This document shows positions 1-10,410 of a stretch of DNA of 59,943 nt, piece by piece; positions within the stretch are counted from its first letter, which is position 1, and the number at the start of each line of letters is the position of its first letter. This DNA comes from Octopus bimaculoides (lineage: Eukaryota): assembly GCF_001194135.2 (NCBI RefSeq), contig NC_068997.1, positions 52,428,132-52,488,074 on the forward strand, written 5' to 3'. A program made the translations under genes and the position numbers. The notes beneath the pieces were generated by a model. The model made no database searches and was not told where the DNA came from. It saw only the letters and a program-made list of their open reading frames with translations.

Positions 1-130
1 ATATATATATATATATATATATATACATACATATATACTTGTAGATATGTATAAAAGTACATGTGTATGTTTGTGCGCGTTTCTGTGTGTTTGTGTGTGT
101 ATGTGTGTGTATGTGTGTGTGTGTTTTTTT

Positions 131-167
<37 letters not shown>

Positions 168-462
168 TTATCCACTCATATAATGGTTTAATGCCCGTAA
201 CTGAAATATCTTCACCTCTTACACTACGGCACTCAAGCAATTCTTTTTGTCTCCCTTCACAGAACAAATAAAAACGACCGCTCTCTTGAATTGCGCGCCA
301 AATTATCATATCCACCTTGCAACATCTGCTCAGACACTCAACCATCGCCACCGACGCCATTTTAGCTTAATTATTCCGCCACATTTCAAGCACCATTCAT
401 TTTTGCTCCGATCAATATCGACTTAATGGCGAGACATTTCACACTTTCTCTCTCTCTTTCTA

Positions 463-494
<32 letters not shown>

Positions 495-638
495 GCTATT
501 CTGTCTGTCTCTCTTTCTCTCTTTTGTTTGATGATGTTTCATCTTCTTCCATTGTATTTTCTTCTCTGTTTTGCTGACCCACTGTTATATTGCGTGTGTG
601 TGTGTGTGTGTGTGTATGCGTGTGTGTGTATGTGCGTA

Positions 639-669
<31 letters not shown>

Positions 670-981
670 ATCTATACAAACATCTGTATGTATCTCTATA
701 TGTATATATATANNNNNNNNNNNNNNNNNNNNNNNNNNNNNNNNNNNNNNNNNNNNNNNNNNNNNNNNNNNNNNNNNNNNNNNNNNNNNNNNNNNNNNNN
801 NNNNNNNNNNNNNNNNNNNNNNNNNNNNNNNNNNNNNNNNNNNNNNNNNNNNNNNNNNNNNNNNNNNNNNNNNNNNNNNNNNNNNNNNNNNNNNNNNNNN
901 NNNNNNNNNNNNNNNNNNNNNNNNNNNNNNNNNNNNNNNNNNNNNATATATCTGTGTGTGTGTGTATGTGTGTGTGTGTGT

Positions 982-1019
<38 letters not shown>

Positions 1020-1282
1020 TGTTTCTTCTAATCCTTCGTCTTCTTCCTTGAAGTGCATTATATCCAACGGATCAAATGATCAATATGGCGGTGGTAGAGG
1101 CGGACATGGATTATACGGATGACGATCAATGATTGACGATAGGAAGTCTATTGTGCAATGACATTCACCTTCTGAAACGACTGACTTGACTTCCTGGATT
1201 CATTCCGCTTTTGTGACTGACCGAATGACAGAATAAACGAACAGAGGAGCCTAAGAATAAAGAAAATAGTAAATATTTGGCA

Positions 1283-1402
1283 TTATTTTATGCTTTTATT
1301 CTTGTTTCAGTCATTTGACTGCGCCCTTTCTGGGAAATCAACCCCAGGACTTATTCTTTGTAAGCCTAGTACTTATTCTATTGGCTTCTTTTGCCGAACC
1401 AC
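1283..1402 (-). mobile_element. SINE family A, degenerate 3' half
   Basis: Reverse complement matches the family-A tail (aagtactaggcttacaaagaataagtcctgggg...cagtcaaatgactgaaacaag) seen at 21781-22165. Confidence 0.8.
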
Positions 1403-1404
1403 CA

Positions 1405-2238
1405 TCGTGGTGGTGGTGGTCGTCGTGGTCGTGGTCGTTGCGGCGGCGGCGGCGGTCGTTGTCGTTGTCGTTGTCGACGTGGTCGTGGTGGTGGTCGACG
1501 TGGTGGTCGTGGTCGGGATCGTCGTCGCCGTCGTGATGATCGATTATTGAGTATTTATTAATTATTGTAATATTAAATCTGACGTTGTTCACAGAAGGGC
1601 CTGGACTTTTGGCGGTGATGGTCGTGGGGATATTTCGGTGGCGTGGTGTGAGAATGGAAATTATCGATTGCGGCAGGATTGGTGTCGGCCCCTTGTGGTA
1701 ACGTGTGGCTATTATTATGGTTGATGTTGTTGTTCTTGTCTTTTGTTGTTGATGATGCGTTATTACGGCTGTGAAATTTTCTGTTAAAAGGCAGAAACGC
1801 GGTGATAATATGGTGGCAATATGGCGGTTGCGTCGTGAGGACTGTGAAGAAGACGATGATGATGATGATGGTGGTGGTGATGGATGGATGGTGGTGGTGG
1901 TGATGATGATGATGATGATCATGTGATGGGGATGATGTGATGATGATGATAATGATGATGATGATGATGATCATGTGATGGGGATGATGATGGTAGTGAT
2001 GGATGGTGGTGATGGTGGTGATGATGATGATGATGATGATGATGTGATGGTGATGATGTGATGATGATGATAATGATGATGATGATGATGATGATGATGG
2101 TGCTGGTGCTGGTGCTGGTGCTGGTGATGATGATGAGGAGTTAATGATAATGATGATGATGTCGACGATGATGACGATGATGATGATTAATGATGGTTAT
2201 GACGACAATGGTAATAATAGTGATGGCTATGATGGTGT

Positions 2239-2281
<43 letters not shown>

Positions 2282-2410
2282 CTGATTGTGGTAACGTTGG
2301 AGATGGTGGTGAAGTGGGGGTGGTATAATGGTGATGGTAGTAATGGTCATAATGATGATGATGATGGTGATGATGGTGTGGGATGATGTTGATGGTGATG
2401 GTGATGCTAC
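1405..2410. repeat. Compound trinucleotide microsatellite field (GGT/GTC/GAT/AAT)n
   Basis: Direct reading; source of several low-complexity ORFs. Confidence 0.95.
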
Positions 2411-2775
2411 TGATTACCATTTCGTCATTTTTTGTTGTTTTTTTTGTTACTTAGTTATCTTTTTCTCTTGATCATTGATGTCGGTCTCTTAGAGCCTCCG
2501 TGAATAAAGAGATGGGGTTTAAGTAGAACGTAGGGATGCGGAGGAGCTAACGAAGGACCATAATAAATAAATAAATAAATAAATAAAAGCATTGGCGTTA
2601 AAAACAAGAAAAACAAAAATAAAAAGAAAGGCAAAGAATGTAATCTCTGCAAAATGAGCGACAAATGAACTTAATGGCCGCTTCTGGAGTCAGAACAATG
2701 AAAAAGCAGGAGTTAAAATGGCGGAGAGCAAATGCGTTTAATGATCGTTAATAAACTGAGAACGATAGATTAGAA

Positions 2776-3026
2776 CATTGGTTCTCAACCACTTTTTTGC
2801 CTATGGACTCCATTGATTCTTGTTTTACACGGGTGGACCCTCCCAGTCATTCAATGTTTGAAATAAATCTTATATTTTTGTAATTAAAAATTATAAGAAA
2901 TTGTATTTAAAAAAATTGTTAAAATATTTTGTGTTGTAGAAGTACAATCAGACGTAATTTTTAACAACAAAATCTTATAATGGATCCCCACCAAGGGCTA
3001 TATGGACCCTCGGTTGAGAACGACTG
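2776..3026. mobile_element. hAT-type MITE, 251 bp
   Basis: 15-bp TIRs cattggttctcaacc / ggttgagaacgactg (13/15 match), flanked by an 8-bp TSD GATTAGAA at 2768-2775 and 3027-3034. Confidence 0.85.
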
Positions 3027-3271
3027 GATTAGAAGGAGGGGGGGAACGACGGTCACAATGGCTGGAAGTTGCGAGTTCAAATCCGATCTCAACTGCCCGT
3101 TCTTTTCAGAAACGTAAACACAGACTCTTATTTACATTCGTTTTTAACAGTGAAACTCGAAGCAGATAAAGCTACAAAATAATCGCATGTAAATACTGGG
3201 TTTCAAAAAGGCTTTTGGATAGAAGGAATCGAAGCTTCTAAATTCTTAAGACGTAAATAATTCATTTAGAT

Positions 3272-3370
3272 ATTTGTCTCAAGTTTTGACACAAGGCCAG
3301 TAATTTCGGGGGGGGGGGGGTTAAATCGTTTACATCGACCCCAGTATACAACTGGCACTTATTTTATCGA
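3272..3370 (-). mobile_element. SINE family B, 3' remnant
   Basis: acaaggccag...catcgaccccagtatacaactggcacttattttatcga matches the reverse complement of the family-B 3' part. Confidence 0.7.
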
Positions 3371-3419
3371 TATATATATAATGAAATAATATACTTACAT
3401 ATTTTCTGTGTTATTTGTT

Positions 3420-3474
3420 TTTTGGCTAATTTTCTTTTATTTATTTGTTTCTCTGTTTATGTATTTTGGCACAG
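3420..3474 (+). promoter_or_regulatory. 3' splice acceptor of the engrailed intron
   Basis: T-rich tract ending in CAG at 3472-3474; phase-1 junction G|GA before PRSRK, the conserved engrailed intron position. Confidence 0.85.
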
Positions 3475-3788
3475 GACCCCGTTCTCGGAAGATGAAGAAA
3501 CGAGATCGTGTAGCAGACGAGAAGAGACCTCGGACGTCTTTTACAAGTGACCAACTTCAACGTCTGAAAGATGAGTTCGACAACTGTCGCTACCTCACCG
3601 AGGAACGGCGTAAGAAGCTGTCACGTGACCTCAGTCTTAGTGAAGCGCAAATCAAAATTTGGTTTCAGAACAAAAGAGCAAAAATCAAGAAGACTTCTGG
3701 AATGAAGAACAGACTCGCATTGCATCTGATGGCCCAGGGTCTCTACAACCATTCCAGCTTGTCGATCAAAGAAGAATCATATTCTTAA
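3475..3788 (+). CDS. en: Engrailed homeobox protein, terminal coding exon (EH3, homeodomain 3519-3698, EH5)
   Basis: (G)PRSRK, then EKRPRTSF...[17 protein letters not shown] (Q50), then EH5 [13 protein letters not shown]; stop TAA 3786-3788. Confidence 0.97.
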
Positions 3789-3812
3789 CTCACATTCCAA
3801 CACCATTCTTTC

Positions 3813-3858
<46 letters not shown>

Positions 3859-4070
3859 NNNNNNNNNNNNNNNNNNNNNNNNNNNNNNNNNNNNNNNNNN
3901 NNNNNNNNNNNNNNNNNNNNNNNNNNNNNNNNNNNNNNNNNNNNNNNNNNNNNNNNNNNNNNNNNNNNNNNNNNNNNNNNNNNNNNNNNNNNNNNNNNNN
4001 NNNNNNNNNNNNNNNNNNNNNNNNNNNNNNNNNNNNNNNNNNNNNNNNNNNNNNNNNNNNNNNNNNNNNN

Positions 4071-4101
<31 letters not shown>

Positions 4102-4451
4102 CATGTGTATGTTTGTGCGTGTGCATTCATACGTAAGCATTGCTGTTACTGATGTTAATATTTTAAAGTCACCTAACGAAAGATACAAAGTTAATTAAAC
4201 GAAATTCCAGTCAACAAATAATCTAACTGTACCTATACCTAATCCTTATTTTATCGAGTTAGGGAGCATATTTTGCTAAAATTTACAAACTTCTACGCTA
4301 TCGTCCCTATATTAACGGCGATATACCGCGGAGGGATAAATCCATTTTCAAGATTTCTTGCTAAAATTACTGGTAGTTCTCTAAGTCAGTTCCCTTTTAT
4401 GACAGTTAGCCAAACATTTAGGGCTAACAGAGACAATGTGTATTATTATTA

Positions 4452-4511
<60 letters not shown>

Positions 4512-4512
<1 letters not shown>

Positions 4513-4708
4513 GGCGACGAGCTGGCAGAATCGTTAGCACGCCGGACGAAATGCTTACCGGTATTTCGACCGTCGCTACTTTCTAAATTCAAAACCCCCC
4601 TTTCAGGGTCGATAAATTAAGTACCAGTGAAACACTGGGGTCGATGTCATCGACCAGCCCCCTCCCCCCACAAATTTCTGGCTTTGTGTCTTTAGTAGAA
4701 AGGATTGT
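4512..4708 (+). mobile_element. SINE family B (tRNA-like head)
   Basis: ggcgacgagctggcagaatcgttagcac head, internal deletion, gggtcgataaattaagtaccag core. Confidence 0.85.
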
Positions 4709-4722
4709 TATAGGCTAGGCAG

Positions 4723-4915
4723 GGCGGCGAGCTGGCAGAATCGTTAGCACGACGGACAAAAGTAATTAATAGCTTTATGTTCTGTGTTCAAATTGCACCG
4801 AGGTCGATTTTTGTCTTTCATCCTTTTGGGGTCGGTTAATAAGCACCATTTGTACACTGGGGTCCATGTAATTGACTAATCCCCTATCCCAGAATTTCTG
4901 CCAATAATAGAAAGG

Positions 4916-4920
<5 letters not shown>
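4723..4920 (+). mobile_element. SINE family B, head-to-tail with the previous copy
   Basis: Same head and core; ends in an (ATT)n tail. Confidence 0.85.
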
Positions 4921-4948
<28 letters not shown>

Positions 4949-5229
4949 AGCCCCAGTCAAACATTGAAGAGCTACTTTAATCGATTACATCCATTCCTCA
5001 AAAATGAGTAGGCGTCTTAAGTTTTAAAAAAAGTGGTCACGTGCCGGTCGACATGTTTTGTAGTATTTATTTATTTATGAGCCTTTATTTCTGAGTTCGA
5101 ATCCCACCGAGATTGACTAATCATTTTGGGAGAGATTAAAATAAATCACCGATCAAGTATCGATCACATTGCTTCTCCAAGTTTGTGGCCTCAGGTTAGT
5201 GTTATTGATCACATTATTATACTAGTCTT

Positions 5230-5745
5230 GTTTCTTTGTTGTTCGACGTGGCTCCTATTTTCAAGAGAGCAGGGATTCTGACTAGAGAAACTTGGGTATT
5301 GCCTTGTTAACTAACGTAGCCCCTACTTTCAAGACAGTAGGGGCTTTTATAAGGGAAACTTAACTGTTAAATTACTGACTAATATGACTTTATTTTCAAA
5401 ATTATAGGGGGTTTTGATTGATGGGAACTTGGCTCTTATTTTGTTGACTAACCTGGCTTCTGCTTTCAAGACACTTGGAATTTTCAGAAAGGAAACTTGG
5501 CCCTTACCTTGTTGACAAAAGCAGCCCCTATTTTCATGTTAGAGTTTCGATATCGAGAAACTTAGCTGTTTACATTATTAACAAATCTGATGCTATTTTC
5601 AATACAAGAGGGATTTTGAATTTGGAAAATTGATTGTTACATAGTCGACTAATTTGAAGGAAACTTGGTCGATATCTTGTTGACAAACGTGGCCCCTGCT
5701 TTCAAGGCAAGAGACTTTGATTAGGGAAACTTAGTTGTATCATTC
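5230..5745. repeat. Degenerate ~67-68 bp minisatellite, about 8 units
   Basis: gaaactt-like motif recurs near 5287, 5355, 5424, 5492, 5557, 5624, 5660, 5726; tttcaa recurs in the same register. Confidence 0.75.
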
Positions 5746-6164
5746 AGTAGGTGAAATTATGTAGATGTTCCCTCATTAGTTTGTCTGTCTGTCTGTCAAT
5801 CTATTTGTCTTGTGTCTGTCTGTTATGTGTGTGTGTGACAGAGTTCTGTATGCCTGTATGTGTGTGTTGAGTGGAATGTAAGATACATGAGCGACGTCTT
5901 CTATTTAACGTGTGCGTCTTACTGACAATACATCAAAGATCGTATGATAAAGACATTTAATTAAGCAACAAGTGTAGTTAATTGATAACTGCATATTAAG
6001 GACAAATTATAAAGTAAAGTGACGATGCTGACTGATTGCTTGTTTGTTTTTTTTTTAAATACGAATCTCACTATTTTTAATTAAAATCTCACTAATGTCA
6101 AGTTTGCCTTTCATTTCTCCAAAATTGATCAAATAAATATCAGTAATTTACTGGTTTCAACTCA

Positions 6165-6275
6165 AACATTGGTCCTGTGCCACAGAAACATTGGCCTCTG
6201 TGCCTCACAAACATTGGCCCCTGTGCCTCAGAATCATTGAGGCAAGAATAATATACAACCCCTGTGCCTCAGAAG
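6165..6275. repeat. ~22-bp tandem repeat (aaacattggcccctgtgcctca)
   Basis: Three clear copies plus one partial, read directly. Confidence 0.75.
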
Positions 6276-6348
6276 AAATATGCAAAAAAACAACGATATA
6301 TAATTGCTGTAAATTTTGTTTTCTGTTTGTTTGTTTTTTTTATTTAAT

Positions 6349-6470
6349 CTTGTTTTGTACATCCATATTTTTTCTCGTTTATTTTGTACATCCATACTTT
6401 CCCCTATTTGTTTTGTACATCGATATTTTCCCTCGTTATATAAAATATTTGTACATCCAAACTGTTTCCA
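6349..6470. repeat. ~30-bp tandem repeat (ttttgtacatccatattttccctcgt)
   Basis: tttgtacatc occurs four times. Confidence 0.7.
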
Positions 6471-6720
6471 TGAATGTCAAATGTTAATGTTGCAACAAAC
6501 TGCCTTTAAAAGAGTCCCGTCTTTGTTCTTTCTCTTCAACTAACAACCAAGAACCGAAGAAGGGAAACGTATGTATCCCTCCAACACCTCCAAGTGTCAC
6601 TACTGAAGTAACGGTGTACTTTGCAGAGGCAAAATAATGGAACCGATGCACCGGCCTTTTCTACAGCTACTCCAAAGATCTCTGTTATTTGAAGCTGGTC
6701 TTCTCATACCATCTTCTCTC

Positions 6721-7040
6721 AGGAACCCCCGATTTATTTATCTGATCCTCTCGTCACTAACATCTTTTCATCCTTCTCAGCTCACTGCGCATAGCCATAT
6801 GTATTTTCTTCCTTTGTCCATCTTTTGTCCATTTTTATTTTTGGCCCTGCGGCCATCATCTAACGAATGCTTAAGAGATGTATTAACCGCGTTCATTGCA
6901 CCATCGGTCTCCGTGAGACTGAGATTTCTAATGGACACAGGTCTTCTTCCAACGATCGTGAAGGCTACGGGCACAGCTCTTTCTCCAGTAATAGCGCATG
7001 ATCTGGGCACAACCTTTCTTCCAGCAACTGTGAAGGCCCT
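6721..7040 (-). pseudogene. Possible decayed N-terminal region of an R4/Dong-like non-LTR element
   Basis: Three 36-bp repeats reading xPSxLLEExLCP, then with frameshifts QK-WTKEEN-x-IWLC and DVSDERIR*INRGFL; resemblance from memory only. Confidence 0.3.
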
Positions 7041-7314
7041 GTGTGCAGCCCTTTAAGCAGATTAAACCACTTAAAGTAAATGCTTCAAATCCTTGTTATT
7101 TAAATTAGGAACACTATCCCAATCAGTGAAATAAGAGTGAAACGGAACCAATGTACGGAGCAGTGAAGGACCAGGACATGGACTTTGTGTCCGAATCTGC
7201 TTCAAGTTTCAGCAACTTTATATACTTATACAAGCAAACACACACACAGTGAGCACTACCAGACCCTGATCGAGCGTTTATTAACCATTCACTCTCTCGC
7301 TAGGGTACCTCGCC

Positions 7315-7360
<46 letters not shown>

Positions 7361-7738
7361 TTATTACTTCCCCTGTCATTGTTATGTCCCATCATTAGCG
7401 ACTTGCAATAGTTTCTTTCCGTTTATTAGTTCCGGATGCCATGTTTTCACTGTCAACACCCCGATTGCGAACATAGCTGCTGTTAAGGGGCCTTTTATTA
7501 AGGGGGCGTCTATCATCGGGACCTCGTCTCTTCCCCCATTTCACGGCGACCTCACACAGTCACATCTACATAAATACATACATACATGCGTTCATACTTA
7601 CATATAGTGGTATATGTATATGCATATATATATATGTGTGTATGTGTGTGTGTATATATGTATATATATATATACGTATGTGTTCGTATATATACATATA
7701 TATGTACATATATAAATGTACATATTTAAGTACATGCT

Positions 7739-7895
7739 GCAGGAGTGGCTGTGTGGTAAGAAGCTTGCTTCCCAACCATGTGGTTCCAGGTTCAGTTTCT
7801 CTGTGTGGCACCTTGGGTAAGTGTCTTCTACTATTGCCTCGGGCCGACCCACGCCTTGTGAGTGGATTTGGTAGACGGAAACTGAAAGAAGCTTG

Positions 7896-7969
<74 letters not shown>

Positions 7970-8190
7970 ATATGTGTGTGTTTGTGCCTGTGTTTGTCCC
8001 TACACCATCGCTTGACAGCCGACGTCGGTGTGTTTTTACGTGCCCGTAATTTAGAGGTTCGGCAAAAGAGACCGATAGAATAAGTACCAGTCTTACAATG
8101 AAGATGTCCAGGGGACGATTTCTTCGACTTAAAGGCGGTGCTCCAGCATGGCCACAGTCAAAATAACTAGAACAAATTAAAAGAATAAAA
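7739..8190 (+). mobile_element. SINE family A, full length, with internal (TA)n(TG)n
   Basis: tRNA-like head (tggctgtgtggtaag...ggttcagtt), ttgggtaagtgtctt, internal microsatellite, family tail. Confidence 0.9.
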
Positions 8191-8843
8191 AATTAGACAC
8201 TTGAGTAGTTTAGTACTTGGGTTTGAACATACGTACGTACATACATATCCCATGATCCTCAGTATCTCACAAAATGCCCAGAGAGATACCTCCACCTCTA
8301 CAGACCCCACCAATCCTCCATAGACAGCAATAAGAACAACAACAACAGTGGAGTATGTCAAATTTTTCCCTCTTCTCATTTTCTTTGAAGTTCTTCTATA
8401 AAATGTATGATTTTTCTTCAATTATTTCGCTAATTTCTGCAAACATTCCAGATCTGTCTTCAACTCCTGTTAACAAGGTTGCCAGTCTTGGAAACAAATA
8501 AATGGCCAATATTTTTGAAATGGAATTACCAGAAAGAAGGAAGGAAGGAATATAAAGAAAGAGTGTAGAAGAGAAGGAAGAGGAAAAGGGGTTGGGTGAG
8601 CTGGGGGGGGAGTAGAGAGAAGAGGGGGTAGTATTGTACAACAACAGCAACAACAACAACAACAACAAAAAACATCATCTGATTACTCTCGGTAAATTAA
8701 TATCAAACGTATGTACAAATTGCCACACACGCACACACCGGTATGTGTGTGTGTGTGTGTGTGTGCGTTATATATACATATATATATTATATACAGACAC
8801 ACACACGTACATGCATATACATAATACATATATACATACATAT

Positions 8844-9013
8844 GCGCAGACATGGCTGTGTGGTAAGTAGCTTGCTTACCAACCACATGGTCCCGGGTTC
8901 AGTTCCACTGCGTGGCACCTTGGGCAAGTGTCTTCTACTATAGCCTCGGGCCGACCAAAGCCTTGTGAGTGGATTTGGTAGACGGAAACTGAAAGAAGCT
9001 CGTCGTATATATG

Positions 9014-9044
<31 letters not shown>

Positions 9045-9162
9045 TTGTGTGTCTGTGTTTGTCCCCCTAGCATTGCTTGACAACCGATGCTGGTGTGTTT
9101 ATGTCCCCGTAACTTAGCGGTTCGGCAAAAGATACCGATAGAATAAGTACTAGGCTTACAAA
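8844..9162 (+). mobile_element. SINE family A, running into a gap
   Basis: Same bipartite layout as 7739-8190. Confidence 0.9.
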
Positions 9163-9247
9163 NNNNNNNNNNNNNNNNNNNNNNNNNNNNNNNNNNNNNN
9201 NNNNNNNNNNNNNNNNNNNNNNNNNNNNNNNNNNNNNNNNNNNNNNN

Positions 9248-9410
9248 GACATGGCTGTGTGGTAAGTAGCTTGCTTACCAACCACATGGTCCCGGGTTCA
9301 GTTCCACTGCGTGGCACCTTGGGCAAGTGTCTTCTACTATAGCCTCGGGCCGACCAAAGCCTTGTGAGTGGATTTGGTAGACGGAAACTGAAAGAAGCTC
9401 GTCGTATATA
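9248..9410 (+). mobile_element. SINE family A 5' half; identical to the 5' half of the preceding copy (about 8849-9011), possible assembly duplicate
   Basis: Base-for-base identity across an N-gap. Confidence 0.75.
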
Positions 9411-9612
9411 TGTATATATATATATATATGTATGTATTTATACCTAAGTATATATTTATATATATACATATACGTATATACATATATATGCCTGTGTGCA
9501 CATATGTACTTATGTGTGTATGTGTATATGTGTGTGCATGTGTGTGCGCGTGCGTCTGTGTGTGTGTGTGTGTGTGTGTTTGTGTGTGTGAGTACCGAAC
9601 ATGTGTACACCT

Positions 9613-10155
9613 GGTCGTATGCTAAACGCATTTGTTGGCATGTAAGAGAATGTGAATATCGTGACCATGTGCCCATGGGAACACGTGACTCGAAACATTT
9701 CTCGTGTCCACTGTCGAAGAATTGATTGAATTTGAACGGTCGGAGACCGGGGACGAACTCACGATTTACGGTTTTGTTCTTTCCTTCCTATCACCTGTCT
9801 TGGAAGTAGCTGTTACTTCTTCTTTCACCAAAGCATTACCAAAAATGCCAAGAATATTTTGCAATCCACTTGTACACCATGAATTTCTTTTGTTTCTCCA
9901 ATTTTCTTTGTGTATTGTACAAATTATATACTTGTTTTCTTTTTGATTTGAATTTTGCTTTCGTTGTTTTTTTTTTGTGTGTGTGTGTTGTTGTTTGAGT
10001 TCTTGAGTTTTGGTTCGGCTTTCAAGTTCTTCGAAGTTCCTTTAACACTGTTCAAATTCGATCAATTCTTCGACAATGGACACAAGAAATGTTCCGAGTC
10101 ACGTGTCCATATTCACATTCCTTTACAAGCCAACAAATGTCTTTAACATACGACC
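9613..10155. repeat. Long imperfect inverted repeat (arms 9613-9740 and 10047-10155, 306-nt spacer)
   Basis: Manual alignment: 55/60 and 41/47 identity blocks, with a ~19-nt insertion in the left arm. Confidence 0.9.
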
Positions 10156-10286
10156 GCACACACATATACACAGACATGTACACATGCACACAGAAGTGTA
10201 TACGCAGGTAAACGTATGTTTATATATGTGTGTATATGTGGTACATGCAAAGTATTAGCAGACGCTCAGAGAAGTAAAGAAAGGCA

Positions 10287-10321
10287 GTTTTACGTTTTGA
10301 GCAAAGCTCTTCGTCAGAAAC
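10287..10321 (-). ncRNA. Minimal type I hammerhead ribozyme motif with G12A substitution
   Basis: Minus strand: GTTT-CTGACGA-A-GAGC-TTT-GCTC-AAAA-CGT-A-AAAC; helices I, II and palindromic III are all formable. Confidence 0.7.
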
Positions 10322-10410
10322 AGGAAAATCCAAGAGAAAAGGAAGGCGGAGGTCAAAAACAATCGCCAACGATCCACATGTGGTTACATTACACATATGC
10401 ATATATATAT

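Noticed and set aside
3408-3474. N-terminal 22 codons of ORF 3408..3788 as the engrailed start
   Set aside because: This is the intronic polypyrimidine tract; homology starts at the AG acceptor (3475)
8844-9410. Tandem duplication of a SINE-A 5' half as a biological event
   Set aside because: Identical copies sit either side of an N-gap, which is typical of a contig-overlap artefact; needs long reads
9704-9946. 80-aa ORF inside the long inverted repeat as a coding exon
   Set aside because: No recognisable domain; the mirrored arm has a stop in the equivalent frame
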